This document shows positions 10,870-23,092 of a DNA stretch of 52,164 nt, one piece after another (the stretch's first letter is position 1; the number at the start of each line of letters is the position of its first letter). The translations under genes and the position numbers were made by a program. Origin of the DNA: Dicyema japonicum. Taxonomy: Eukaryota; Animalia; Dicyemida. The notes under the pieces were generated by a model that saw only the letters and a program-made list of their open reading frames with translations, was not told the origin of the DNA and ran no database searches. Location of the stretch: NCBI GenBank assembly GCA_011109175.1, contig RDEW01000039.1, positions 540,053 through 592,216 of the forward strand, written 5' to 3'.

Positions 10870-11760
10870 TTTTTTTTCAATTCAAATTTATTATCAGAAA
10901 AATGAAGCGAATCATACACCAGTTGCAAAGAGAAAGTGAGCATCATCAAGAACAATAGTAATTCCAAAACGTTCACGGAACCGGATCTCCCAGTCTTGAC
11001 GAGATTGTACTTTTAATCTCTTGGAGAACACTTATAGTAGCATTTCCACCACACCAAAGTCTCAAACGAAATTGAGACGAAGGGCAAATGGTCCCGAAGT
11101 GCAGAATATTTATCCAACTTCCTCTGTTCTGCAGAGTCAGCGGCAGGACATTCTGAGTTTGTAGTCGAAATCATATTTGTCGAGGAAAGAAGTATCAACA
11201 CAGGTTACATCCAACACGATAGAGCGTCCTTATGCGAATGGAAAGATCGTCAAGTCCAACTGGTTCGATGATGGAAGAGAAACCAGCAGCTTCATGACCA
11301 CGTTTAATATATTATTTAGGGTCACGGTCCTTGGAAAATTTTCCAGGGTTTTTCTTGAATGAAAGGGGATGAATTCCTATCGATCAATTATCTTCCCACG
11401 TTGGCATCTGTGAGCTTCACAAATAGTCAAACCAAGGCGATATGAATTGCCAACGTGAAGACTCTCATTGTCTACCAAAGAGATTGGGGAGGCATCCAAC
11501 CAACAATCGCTATCATTCATGCATGCTGAACGAAAGCAAGTCAGGAGTTGTGGTTATAGGATTTTTCTGAATTCCAAATAGATCGGGAGTTTACCACTGC
11601 CTCCAGCCTTGACTGTTGAACCGAACATTGAGAAAATTATCTACTAAGGACTTTAGGTTGAATTGCTGATGTTTATGATGTCCCAGCCCAAGAAGAGCGG
11701 CGAGCATCCTAGAACGAATAAAAAATTTTTAGCATATAGAACGCGATATGTGAATCAAAT
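10870..11760 (-). mobile_element. Decayed CRE-clade non-LTR retrotransposon, 3' part (restriction-like endonuclease)
   Basis: AADSAEQRKLDKYSALRDHLPFVSISFETL and upstream WLDASPI / LEPVGL remnants. Confidence 0.75.
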
Positions 11761-11878
11761 ATCCTCAGTTTCTTGGATAGAGAACGGAACAAAGGGTCCT
11801 TAGACCCTCGTCAGCAGAACGAGCCCCGAGAAAAGTTGTCCAAACGATACCCCAGGGAAGACATTCATTATAATTTAA

Positions 11879-13510
11879 TTACTAGCAACGCAGTTCTCTT
11901 CGCTCAGATCAAGCTAACTCTTCTAAACAGTGACATGCTCAGCTTGTCCCTGACCCAGTATTGATCCCAAACTTTTATTTTAATATTTCGATCTATTCTA
12001 ACTCAAGGACCCACCCACATGTGAACTATCATGTCTTGGAGGTCCTCAACCTTACTTTATATCAAGTTCTCACTTTAGCTTATTTGGAACCATCCATAAA
12101 AATTTCCTTATGCAACGAAATCGATTGCAGACAAATGGGCACGATAATACACTAACTTACTAATTTATAAATAAATTATTAGCAAAATACATGTAATTAT
12201 ACCAACTATCATCCTATACAGCCAACTTCTGAATCTTGATTCACCAAATTCTTTTAATTTTTCTCTGATAAAATTCCTACGTGCCTCAGAACCTCGGGTT
12301 TTCGGTATCTAAAATTTCCTTCCCTCAGAACTTCGGATTTTTGATGTCTTCTGAATTTGTCGCTTCTTCTATTTTCACAAGAAGAAAGATAAGATTCCAT
12401 CTTTAAATTTTGGTTGAAAATTATTCTGACGATAACTATCAGTTAATTGACTAAAAAAGAGTTGTGTTAATGGCATCGGTTTTTTGTATTAAATATCCTC
12501 ATTGTCTCATAGGGAATTCAGTTTAATACACATTGGTGAAATTTTCAAGCTTGAATCCTTAGCAGTTTAAAAACCTTGAAAAACTCTGATATATCAACTG
12601 CTACATGGTGACATCATAATTCGGTAGTTTGAAGAATGAGAGACGAAGATATTAAAATTTAGTCTCTTACTCGGTAGGACTAAGATTTTTAAATTACTAA
12701 CACGAGTGTTTTGAAAATTAGTTCTTAGTAATTTCAATAAGAAATGTTAAAATATACCAGTAATCAATGAACGGAAATGCGTTTTCAATTGAGAGCGGAT
12801 ACCCTTGATTTATAAAAACATTTAGCTTGTTAACTATTCGTGTTAAATAATATGGGGACAAACAAATTATTAGTGATAATAGTACAACAATAACGTATAA
12901 TTAATAAAATGAAGTCAGAAAGGCAGCGCGATAGCGAAAATCACCCGAATGCGCAGAAATCTGACCTCCTCTAAGTCGATTCAGAATAGGAATTAAAGTT
13001 AATAAATATAAAAGAATTCAAAACTTTATTCATTTTAAATTACATATTATTATTATAAGCACGTACGCGATGCCAAGATCAAGACAAAGCATGTGCAACA
13101 CGAAAAGTTAACAATCTAATTAACATAAGGCACTTTCCAATCCTCCTGAGATCTTCATCTAGGATTACCGGCAGTGTTGTCATCGGCCGGCGCGGAAACG
13201 CAGAGCCTCTAAGATAAAATACTCCTCCATTGCTATGTTGGCAAGGGTCCCCATTAAATTACATATTTTTAACTAATAAATAAAATATGTAAGTAAGGTT
13301 AATATAATTATAAAATGTAATAAAAAAATTCACAATATATTGGTCGGTTAGTAAAAAACTCAAAGCCATAAAAAAATTCCTGATCGACCGTTTTCATTTT
13401 TTTGCAACTTCAAAAAAATTTACTTTTCATTTTTAGAAGAATTATTATTTTAATATAAATTCTAAAATTTAATTATATGATGCTCATTCTAAATACTTAA
13501 CTTTCAAGTA
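11879..13510. repeat. Unclassified dispersed repeat, copy 1 (inverted partner at 38770-40072)
   Basis: Reverse-complement blocks such as GTGAACTATCATGTCTTGGAGGT, TTCTTAGTAATTTCAATAAGAAATGTTAAAATATAC and TTCCTGATCGACCGTTTT. Confidence 0.85.
13049..13254 (-). mobile_element. Short RTE 3' end insertion
   Basis: RPMTTLPVILDEDL motif, (TAA)n tail and 13-nt TSD TAAATTACATATT (13036-13048, 13255-13267). The partner repeat has the empty site at about 38985-39000. Confidence 0.85.
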
Positions 13511-13547
13511 ACATTAAAAAAATTTTACGTAGGAAAGCACTGCAGTG

Positions 13548-14355
13548 CTTATTGATTTCGTCTGCCGGGATATGGATACGCTGGAAACTATACTAAAAGT
13601 GATCCCTCAAAGCTTGGAGGACTGGCCCCTGGTAGTAAACTCAGACAAAACAAAAAGAACTAGCATATCCCGTTACACGACGCGAAAAACAATGGAGAAC
13701 ATGCAAGAAAGTTGGATCTCTCTTAGGGGACTCTGAGGACGTTATTCACAGAAAAGTTCTGGCGGTTGCTTCTTCAAAAAATTGTGGGCGATTTGGATGT
13801 GATGAAAGTACATAGGCACTCGCCTTCGAATTAGGTTGTACAACTCTTTTATCGAACCAATTCTACTTTATAATGCGGGGACCTAGGGCTTAACTACCAA
13901 AGAACTGGAAAATCTCACTCTTTCCACAGGAAACAACGGGGACTTCTTCTGGGAGTCTACTGGCCAAAACGGATAACCAACGACGAGCTATATAGAATTA
14001 CTCAAACAACAAAGATTGGGAATAAAGTTACTTGTGTAAAATGGCAGCTCTTTGGACATATCCTAAGAGCTTCGAAACTGGCACCGGCCAATCAGGCCAT
14101 GGAATCATACATTTTTGTATTTAACAAGACAACGTATCGAGGTCGACAAAGAACAACGTTTCCGTCGACGCTCGACAAAGAACTCACTTGCATGAAAACA
14201 GGAAAGGATCTGGATGATCTGAGGGCGGTTGCCAGAAACAGAGGAGGGTGAAAAACGACTCACAGCGCGTGTCCAGAGATGCATGTCAAAAGTAGAATCT
14301 CAAATTAATCAACTTTTCTGGTTCCGCAGACATTGAAATAATAATAATAATAATA
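13548..14355 (+). mobile_element. 5'-truncated RTE-clade LINE
   Basis: LYNSFIEPILLYNAGT...KWQLFGHILR...YRGRQRTTFPSTLDKEL; (TAA)n tail; 14-nt TSD AAAGCACTGCAGTG (13534-13547, 14356-14369). Confidence 0.9.
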
Positions 14356-14582
14356 AAAGCACTGCAGTGTTGGTTCAAAGACAATAGAAACCTTTCGAAA
14401 GATTTTCGGCAAACAACATCATCCACTTCGCTGCAATTTCAAATATGGAAATTTCGAAAGTTTGTTAGAAAGCAGTTTTAATTCACTTTAGTTTAATCTT
14501 GATATATTTTATGATAAACATTTATCTAATTTTGTCTGCCAATTACTGTTATTACACAAACCGTATGCATTCACTGGTATTA

Positions 14583-15935
14583 TGTCGCGAGCGCAATGAG
14601 CGACCGAGCGCTACGTGCGACCAGTCAATGTCAATCAATCAAATTAATGTCAATCAATCAAATTTTTTTCAAGATTAAGAATAATTATTTTTAACAGCTA
14701 TTAGTGACTACATTCAACTTCTTAAGTCTTTTGAATGTATTTTCATTACCGATCCATCACTATTTTCCACATTGACAAAATTGTTAGACAATTTTGCAAA
14801 AATAGTAACTGGATCCCCATACGGATGTTCGAACTTTGTTAATTAGAAGGATTCGTCATAATCTTTTGAATGCGAGCCTTTTAAGTAATTAAAAATTGAA
14901 TACAATATCTTCAACATCCAAAACATATTTTGAGCGATGTACTCCCATTTTCCTATTCATTTTCTTATAATATGAGACTCCAAATTAATTTTAGGAAAAT
15001 TAAACTCAAATTCATCTAAAAATATATTTGAATACAAAACCTTTTCTAAATGTTTCTATGTTGTCTCGTTCAGTATTGTTTTTTTACTAAGTATTAATCC
15101 TGGAATCCCACGATATCTTTGGAACGGACTAACTCCTACGAAAAAATATAGGAAACAATTTACCTGTAGATAAGTGAGGCGTTTGATTATACAAAAAACA
15201 GCTTTTCGAATGTATCTCACCAACTCCTTTTCATTATCCAAACTCATCATTTTTGACAAGCTTCTTGTGATCTTCTGGTTAAATATCTCCACAAACCCTT
15301 GACTTTGGGGATTGTTGGGTCTTCCATGTATTTGCATAACTTTGTCATATGACAATTTTTGAATTCTGTACCATTGTCGGATTGTAAATATTCCATAAAA
15401 ATTTCTTCTAGTTTATGGGCCACTTCATTTCCACTTTTATTCACAAGATTTTTCGTAAAAGCACATTTGGAATAAACATCAACAACAGAAAGCAACCAAG
15501 AGAAATGATTATTTTGATCTTTAAATCTATAAAATAACATAAACTTTCAGACCTTTTAAGATCAATCAGATCGACTTGAAATTTCTCATTAGGCGCATCG
15601 GAAACAATATGAGTTGAATCATCATATTGTTTTCGTGGCACTGAGAATTTTTTTTTCCAAAAATATTAAAATTTTTTTGGAAAAAAAATTAATAAAATTT
15701 AAACAATAGAAGTCAGGTAGTTGCCGCCCTCACTGCGTGGATGTTCCCTCTCAAAATTGCGAGCGAAATTCGCTCAAATAGCCAGCGGCGTTCACGGGGA
15801 TCTCTGTTCACGGAGATTTTCTTTCACAAATGTCCGACTTAGAATTGGCAAATATTGTGTGATTTTTGACATATGACATTAATTGACACATGATTTGTTG
15901 CGGGTTGTGCATGGTTGTGCGTTGTGCGCGCGACA
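14583..15935 (-). mobile_element. Ginger2/IS481EU-like DNA transposon with decayed rve (KRBA2/SCAND3-type) integrase
   Basis: NEKFQVDLIDL...WLLSVVDVYSK...LQSDNGTEFKN...HGRPNNPQSQGFVEIFNQ (D,D,E catalytic motifs). Inverted ends TGTCGCG(A/C)GC at 14583 and 15935. Confidence 0.8.
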
Positions 15936-15965
15936 TATTACGAGGTAGACTGGAGGATATTTAAT

Positions 15966-16178
15966 TTTAGAACATTTTCATTAGATCCATCCCCACGTGG
16001 AACATATTCCGAATTAAAAAGTTTCCTTGAACAAAGTGAAAACAACTTTTGAAGACTCTTTATGACACAACGTCGTGAATTTGCCAAATTACGAATTTTC
16101 AAATTGGCCTTTCTTAGGGCAAAAATAATCGAGTCGACGTGGTCATTAACGGATATTAAATTTTCATTTAAAATTCTT
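15966..16178 (-). pseudogene. Inverted ~210-nt duplicate of an internal TEDC1 segment (source about 26573-26785)
   Basis: Near-identical reverse complement, for example ATATCCGTTAATGACCACGTCGACTCGATTATTTTT and TTCCACGTGGGGATGGATCTAATGAAAATG. Confidence 0.93.
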
Positions 16179-16799
16179 GAATTAGCAACAGATCAATGTG
16201 ATTTTCTTTCACAAATGTCCGTAGTTCGAGTATCTTGTTCCTGATTCCATTTATGTTTAGTTAGACTATTATGGCTGGTCAAGGGTTTGCCTCAACGTCT
16301 CCGCAGCGGCGCAGGCCTTTCCTTATTGGTCCACCGTGAAGATAGGGGAAAGTGTGGTTTTTTTTCCAAATGCCAGCACGTCGTCGGCGAGCCACATGAC
16401 ATTTTTTTCCAAATGACAATTTTACAAAAACTTATGTAGTTGTAAAAAGATATTGTTGAAAATATGTACAATACCCCTTTACCCACAAAAAACTCAATCT
16501 GCAGGCCTTTTAAATATCGCATAATAATGTCTGCTTTATTCTCCGTCATATTAATTAAACACGACCATCAACAAAGCAAAGAAACATACTCAAACCTTTA
16601 TTTTAAATTTAATAATAATATTGTATCATTAATATAAATAATTTATTACTGAGCGTATGTGAATTTCATGACACCCTGATAGTTGGGTCAAGTGTGTTTG
16701 CTAGGAAGCATGCCATAATAACGACCGAGAAAACACGGGCAACTCACCTAGGCACTATCAGACCTTTTTTGTCTGCTAAGATGTCGATGACGGTGTGCT

Positions 16800-17650
16800 A
16801 ATAAATGTGAGGGCGTTGATCGAACTACGAATTAATAATTTGTATGAAAGGATCAGCTTAAAAAGTTTTCATAAGGTCCTCTTCGGAGCATTGGATAACC
16901 CACACGTTGACCTTAAGTCGTCGACAATTTGACTAAAATATGGTGACAACTCACCTTGATCGGAGGCGTTGTACACGTATATGCAAGACCGCAATATTTT
17001 TTTGGGGTGATCAACAAATACGTGTCCCCATTGTAACTCAAGGAGCATGTCGGTTGATCATTTAGTCATTCGGTGTAGACCCATGCTCTGCCACGATTAT
17101 TTATACAGTCATAACGAGTAGTGCGGAGTATTCATATTCTACCATGCAATAAGTATAGTATTATCCACACCAGAAAGTTGCGGACTCATAAGGTGGAGTC
17201 TTTAGTAGAGAACATCAGGGTCCAAATCAAAGTAGACAGTGTTATACGAACCTTGGTGCTAGTCAAGCACAATAAATCTGACATTGTGGTACACGATAAG
17301 GAGTCTGCCAAAATCCTTATAATATAAGTTGGTATTACGTCCAAGACATTTGCAGACTGTTGAGGCGAGGAAAAAAAGGAAGTATGACTTGCTTGCAAAC
17401 GAGATGAGTCAGATGCTTGGTTGCAAAGTTCTCGTTATTTCAATAGTAATGACGTGGGAAGAAATTCCAACAAAGTACGACAAGGGTTATCTAAAACAGT
17501 TAGATAGGAGCTTCAGGCCTATATACAGTCCACTTTTTTAAAGCAAACACTAGAGATCCTTACACTGGAATATAAGAGGCAAAGCTCTGAGGGCTCAATT
17601 GGACAAGGCGCTCTCGGAGCTGTTTCAGCAACCAGAATCGAACTTGCCTT
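16800..17650 (+). mobile_element. R4/Dong-like non-LTR retrotransposon C-terminal fragment (zinc knuckle plus RLE)
   Basis: MQDRNIF...CPHC...VDHL; HNKSDIVVHDK...VGITS...LQTVEARKKRKYDLLANE...IVMTWEEIPTKY...YIQSTFLKQTLE. Confidence 0.85.
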
Positions 17651-17849
17651 AGGTGACAGACGAGGAAAATTGTTGATATATTGACCATATGGAAACATCA
17701 CGGCGCTTTTAATAACAGTCTACTGCAGAACCTTTACCAATATGGTCGTACTTCCCTGGACTGAGTAGTCGCTTATGTCAACCGCACTATCTTGGATGAT
17801 TATTATCTGTGTCTAAACGCCACTTAACTACGCCGGATAATATGGAAGT

Positions 17850-18730
17850 TTGGTCCTAGCTAAAGAAAGAAATTGACTAAAAAAGTATGTCCGGTTAACT
17901 CAGGATAAAAAGCTCCGTCTGATGAAAACCTCTAACGGGCATGACAAAATCCAAATCTTCCTAAAGATTCTTGGTGATTATGGAATCTCCGTTGATTAAA
18001 ATACAACAACCACTTAATCAATAAAAATTCTATCCCAGGCTTGTGGAAATTTGCACTCCTCCTTCCAATTCTGAAACCCGGAAAGACGAAGAAGGACCCA
18101 GCTTCATCGCGTTACATTGTTCGATATCGAAAATCCTTGAGAGGTTGGTACTCTCTAAAATCAAAGACTTTCGGTAGTGACATTTCAATATGGATTCAAA
18201 AAGGAGAACTTTCTACATTAGTCAGACATCTGAAAACCACGATGCTTCATTGACGTCCACAAGGTTTTCAACACACTGTCGAGGAAGATTCTTACTTGGA
18301 AAAAATCAACAAGAATCTTCGGAAAGCTTAAAGACAGTCAAAATATTTTCCCCGGTTTTTTCTTAATGATGTTCCCCAAGGATCTTCATTGTCCCCATTT
18401 TTATTCAATCTATTCATGTTCGATCTCCATACACCGGAATCCGAAAAGATATTCTTCTCACTTATGCTGACAACATTTCATAGCTTCACACGATCGAGAC
18501 ATCCAGACTGCTATTCCAAAATTGGAACGGAATCTGGATCGTCTTAACGAATGTTTATTGAAGAACCGTTTGTCGAACAGTACTGAGAAGTCCGCCACAA
18601 ATCTTTTCACATAAGACAAGAGATTGGGAAGGCAGAAAGTCGAATTAAAAGCGAATAACGACGCTATCCCATTCAGCAGGTCTCAAAAGATCTTTTGGCG
18701 ATTTTTGACGCGCAAATTCATTCTTGATTT
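17850..18730 (+). mobile_element. Decayed I/Jockey-like LINE reverse transcriptase fragment
   Basis: WKFALLLPILKPGK...DPASSR; VPQGSSLSPFLFNLFM; TYADN. Confidence 0.75.
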
Positions 18731-19149
18731 TTGAAATCGCTACTTGCAGCCTCTGATCCATTGGTAAGAAGATTTTACATTCCTTCCCAGCATTTTCTTC
18801 TGACCAGTAAGTCGATCACTCACGGGAGATCTGATTCTTAACTTTATATTTATTTGTTATTCCCCCTTCTCGGAATTGCACCGGAATTTTGATGATGTTG
18901 TTTGCTGGAAATCTTTCGAAAAATTGTTGGCGTTCTCAAATTAACATAACTGCTAGTGTCTGTTGTCCAGACCCTCACTTTAAAGTGGGACCTGGTTCGA
19001 CGCCATTCCAAGCAGAGTACTCTGGACTTTTATTTACGACGACTCAATTCGAATCGTCTCTCATTGCGACTTGGACTGAAGATCTATGTGCCACATCATT
19101 GTAGATGCGGTGATCATATATGACAGTTTTGAACTACGTCTACTGCTGT

Positions 19150-19500
19150 GATAGAATAGCACCAGCACGGTCCCCTGACGCAAGGTTTTAAAGGAAATCA
19201 TTCAAAGGGTTTTGAAAACGGAGGATTTTCTCTCAGTACTCGAACCCAAAGGGACGTGTAGACGAGATGGGAAACGTCCTGGTTAAATGAACATCTTTCC
19301 AGTTGTTGCCAAAAAAAATCTAATCTTGGAGCGAATGAATTTTTAAAGAAAAAAATTCGGTAACCTAATCTCAGCATTTTCAGAAAATTTTCTCAAACAA
19401 TGTTAGCTATTCGAATGGATTTTCTTCGCAATCCTGAAGGGGAATAACCGCGCAGTTAAGGCTAATTTTTTTCATTTCGCTTTATAATTTTATTTCCTTT
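19150..19500 (+). mobile_element. Decayed CRE 3' fragment
   Basis: LEPKGTCRRDGKRPG and LFEWIFFAILKGN remnants. Confidence 0.55.
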
Positions 19501-19589
19501 TGTAATAATTAAATTCTCAAGATTATAGAAGCAGAGTTTTTCAAATATCACATATAAGTTCATTCAGAACAAAGGGGAAGGGAAGAACA

Positions 19590-19715
19590 CTTCCAGTTTT
19601 TTTCAGTTATGGGAACACCTCCAATGAAGTGGGGTAGGGGAACAAATGATCCCTTTTCGACCATCCTGGCACTAGACGTTATCTGAAACAGAAAGATAAC
19701 TTGACTTCACTTCAG
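19590..19715 (-). mobile_element. Decayed copy of the pseudoknot-core short element
   Basis: Aligns to 9910-10005 (GGATCATTTG...CCCCACT(T/C)CA(T/C)TGGAGG); stems eroded by substitutions. Confidence 0.6.
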
Positions 19716-19859
19716 TAAAACAAGAGAAAATAAAAAACAGAGGAAAGAAAGACAAACCTTTAACCAAGTAATCAGTGGGATAATCGAATCCAGGACCAAT
19801 CGTAATTGCAAAGCTATTTTTAACTTTATCAATATCATTAACATTATCATAGGAAAAAA

Positions 19860-22300
19860 TGTTTAATATTCTAATTAAGTTCCCACATGTGCACGAGACT
19901 ATCATCCAGCCATTCACACGATAAGATATATGTGATTGATGATGTATATGAGTATTAAGAATACAATGATAAAGAAGATACAAAATATGAAGAAATTCTT
20001 TATGGCGAATCCTTTCTGAATAGAAATCAATATTTCGGTGAAAAACGTAGAAAATAATTTTAAAAAAATTAGACGATTTGAGTGTAGCCGAACTTGAAAA
20101 AGTTGTTGGATTTCTTAAAAGTGACAAAGTTCGAGATATTATGTGTCTAACAATCTCAAAAGAACGAAACTATCCTGAATGCTATTGTCAACTATTGAGG
20201 ACGTACTCGGAATACGAATCTTCGTCGTTGATATTTATTGCCGGGGACTTTAACGCTAAAGTTGGGATGCGACGCAGTGGAGAGGAATCGTTCATCGGCA
20301 GGCATGGACGGGGTGGAGAAACACCCCGGGAACACTACTGGCCAATTTCTGTCAAGCGAATGATCTTTTCATAGGAAACACTGCCTTTATGCACCCAGCT
20401 CGCCACAGGAGCACATGGACTGGCCATAGAACGAACTCGGAAAACAAAAGTGTCAATATTTATAATCAAATTGATTACATCATTTGTCGGACCAAGGACA
20501 AACACCTACTGAATGATGCCCGTTCTTATGGAGGGTCGATGATAAATAGTGACCATAAAATGGTTATTGGCAAGTTCTCCTTGAAGAAATACTACATTGG
20601 CAAAAGAACCTGAGTCTAAGCAAAACGCTACCACCTTACCATACCCATGTATATATGACTGAGAAGCTCTGGTCTCAGCTGCTGCTGGTGACAAACTACC
20701 AAAAACATATAGAGAACCACCTATATACATTGCCAGCTAATTATGACTATACAAGACCTATGGGATCAGACCAAAAGCATTATTTGCCTTGCCGCAAACA
20801 CCCACCTTGGAGTGAGACGGCAGACAACCGGAAATATGTTCACTTGGCCATCCAGACTCCTTATTACTGGCAAAACAACAACGAGAAATATGGATTACGA
20901 AAAGTTCTTGCATCTGTTGCTTTGGACCGCTTAAAACATCCTGCAGGAAATTACCTATCAGCATGCCATAGTGGATTTCGTGAAGGAAGGTCGACAGCGG
21001 ACATTCTGTGGAGCCACAGGTGGCGGTGTGCAACGGCTCAAAGATACAAAAATGCCACGACCATCCTGGGCATCGACATGTCAAGAGCTTTCGACACCAT
21101 TAGCCGACACAAGCTAATGGTTGTCCTTCATCAATTTGTGGACCAATCATTGCTACGGATAATCAGAGTACTTCTCTCAAGTACTGAACTGTCAGTCCGA
21201 ATTGGGAGAACTCTATCCCGACCATTCAAAACTACAATCGGCACTCCTCAGGGAGACTCCCTCTCCCCCTTACTATTTGTGATATATCTCGAAGCTGCAC
21301 TAAAGGATCTAAGAACTTGCTATGAAGGAAAAATAAACGAAGTCGTATACGCGGATGATGTGGATTTTATATCCGAGGATACAGAAGCTCTCACACATCT
21401 GCTGGAAAATGCACCGGACAAACTGGGGGAATGGTTCCTCATCGTTAACCGGGCCAAAACGGAAATCACGGAAATCAAAAGAATGGACAACATCCTTAAT
21501 GAACGTTGGCGACATGTTAATAAGCTTGGATCCCTACTGGGGGACACAGAAGACATCATCAAAAGGAAAACACTTGCAGGAGTAGCAATGCGAAAACTCA
21601 AAAAGGGATGGCTGAAAGGACTAGATGTCAATCTGCGGATACGCATGTACAATGCATTTGTGAAACCGATACTGACATACAATGCTGGTACTTGGGCCTG
21701 TACAGGTGCGGAATCAATGGCTCTCGATGGGTTCCACAGAAAACAGCTTAGAGTATTATTTGGCATGCAGTGGCCAGCCAGAATCTCGAATACCGGTATT
21801 TACAAAAAATGCAAGAGTAGGCCTCTAAGCCTGGAAATCACTGACGCCCGGTGGAGACTGTTTGGTCACGTACTACGCATGGATCTTGCTGCCCCGGCTA
21901 ATGTGGCGATGGAGGACCATTTCATGTTCGAGGGCAAATGCTTCCGTGGCAGACCAAGGATGACCCTACCTATCATGCTGCACAAAGACCTCCAAAGGAT
22001 GAAGAAATGCCTAAAGACGGGAGACGATCTGGACATGCTGAGATCGACTGCGTGTAACCGTGGAGGATGGAAGAGGCTAACTAATAACATTGTTTCTTGT
22101 ATTGCACATGCTTTGCTATAACTATTATGGCAAGGCGATAAGTGCTGTAATAATAATCCTGAATGCGTAGAGATTGGCACATTTTTATCTCATTGTCATC
22201 TGGCTGAGTGAATCAGTCTTCGAACGATGTTTTTATTAAATGTGATTTACATACACTAAAAATATTAATGACAATGATATGATCGTAAATAAAATTGGCG
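19860..22300 (+). mobile_element. hAT transposase C-terminal remnant split by an RTE insertion
   Basis: Removing the RTE rejoins ...KERNYPEC|VEIGTF...FERCF, resembling the hAT dimerisation domain (YP...ERxFS). Confidence 0.4.
20183..22155 (+). mobile_element. RTE-clade LINE (partial APE endonuclease plus RT), 5'-truncated with an internal deletion
   Basis: IAGDFNAKVG, NQIDYII, SDHKMV (APE); GFREGRSTAD, IDMSRAFDTI, GTPQGDSLSPLLF, YADD, RWRLFGHVLRM, GRPRMTLP (RT). (TAA)n tail; 11-nt TSD ATCCTGAATGC (20172-20182, 22156-22166). Confidence 0.95.
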
Positions 22301-22829
22301 AAGGTCAGTTGTGGATTGTTATGGAGATTGAGTTTATCGTTTCTATGATTTATTTTTATATTTTTAATTTAATAATTACTATCGGAAAAATTCGATCCAA
22401 TTTCTAATTATAATTTGATCCAACCAGCAAGAGAGTTCCCAATGGACGGCACTTCCTTCAAGTACGAACATGCAAAGACTTCTGAAGGAGGACGGGATCA
22501 CCTGAATTTTTTTCATTCTGATGGTGGTTTTCTGGTTCAATAATTTTAATTTAATCGTATCTCTTTAATTATTATCTAGATCTTTTAATATGGATGTGAC
22601 CTCTCGTTTCACTTCTAATGTTGATGGATGAAATGATGAACTCAGGCGAATTTGGATATACAAAGTTTCAGAACGAAGAAGCTTAGGCTAGAGTGTGCTA
22701 TGAGATACACTAACTTCATACACTAAACTTGGAGGATCATCTATTAGAAGATACGAATATATAATGATCGCTGCTGTGATTCTATGTATTTTGCTAATTA
22801 TAATTTGAAAAAAAATTTCAAATATAACT

Positions 22830-23010
22830 AAGAACGTCTGGTTCTCTTACGCCTGCGATTTTGAGTCGTCTAGGGAATCGGATTTCTACACTAACAGGAG
22901 ATACCCTTGAGCGCTTCTGGATATTTGAACGAACCTCACTCGCCATCACAAGAGAGAATAACAGGGCGCCTACTGCATGACCTTTTTGTTTATTTTATTC
23001 TGTTTTAATT
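22830..23010 (+). mobile_element. CRE 3' end fragment
   Basis: Homologous to the reverse complement of 32020-32140 (GTCGTCTAGG.AATCGG.TTTCTACAC...TGAGCGCT.CTGG.TATTTGAACGAA). Confidence 0.7.
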
Positions 23011-23092
23011 AATAAAATGTAAAAACTAAGAATTGACAAATTTCTAAGCGAAATGTTAAATCTTTATTATTGTAAATGTCAGTTTTTTTTAA

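Noticed and set aside
16278-16560. 85-aa minus-strand ORF with a GC-rich end
   Set aside because: No recognisable domain; probably the terminus of an unclassified element, but no matching end was found.
19672-22180. Long antisense ORFs (19672-20127, 20758-21084, 21320-21766, 21866-22180)
   Set aside because: They are shadows of TE sequence on the opposite strand with no independent motifs.
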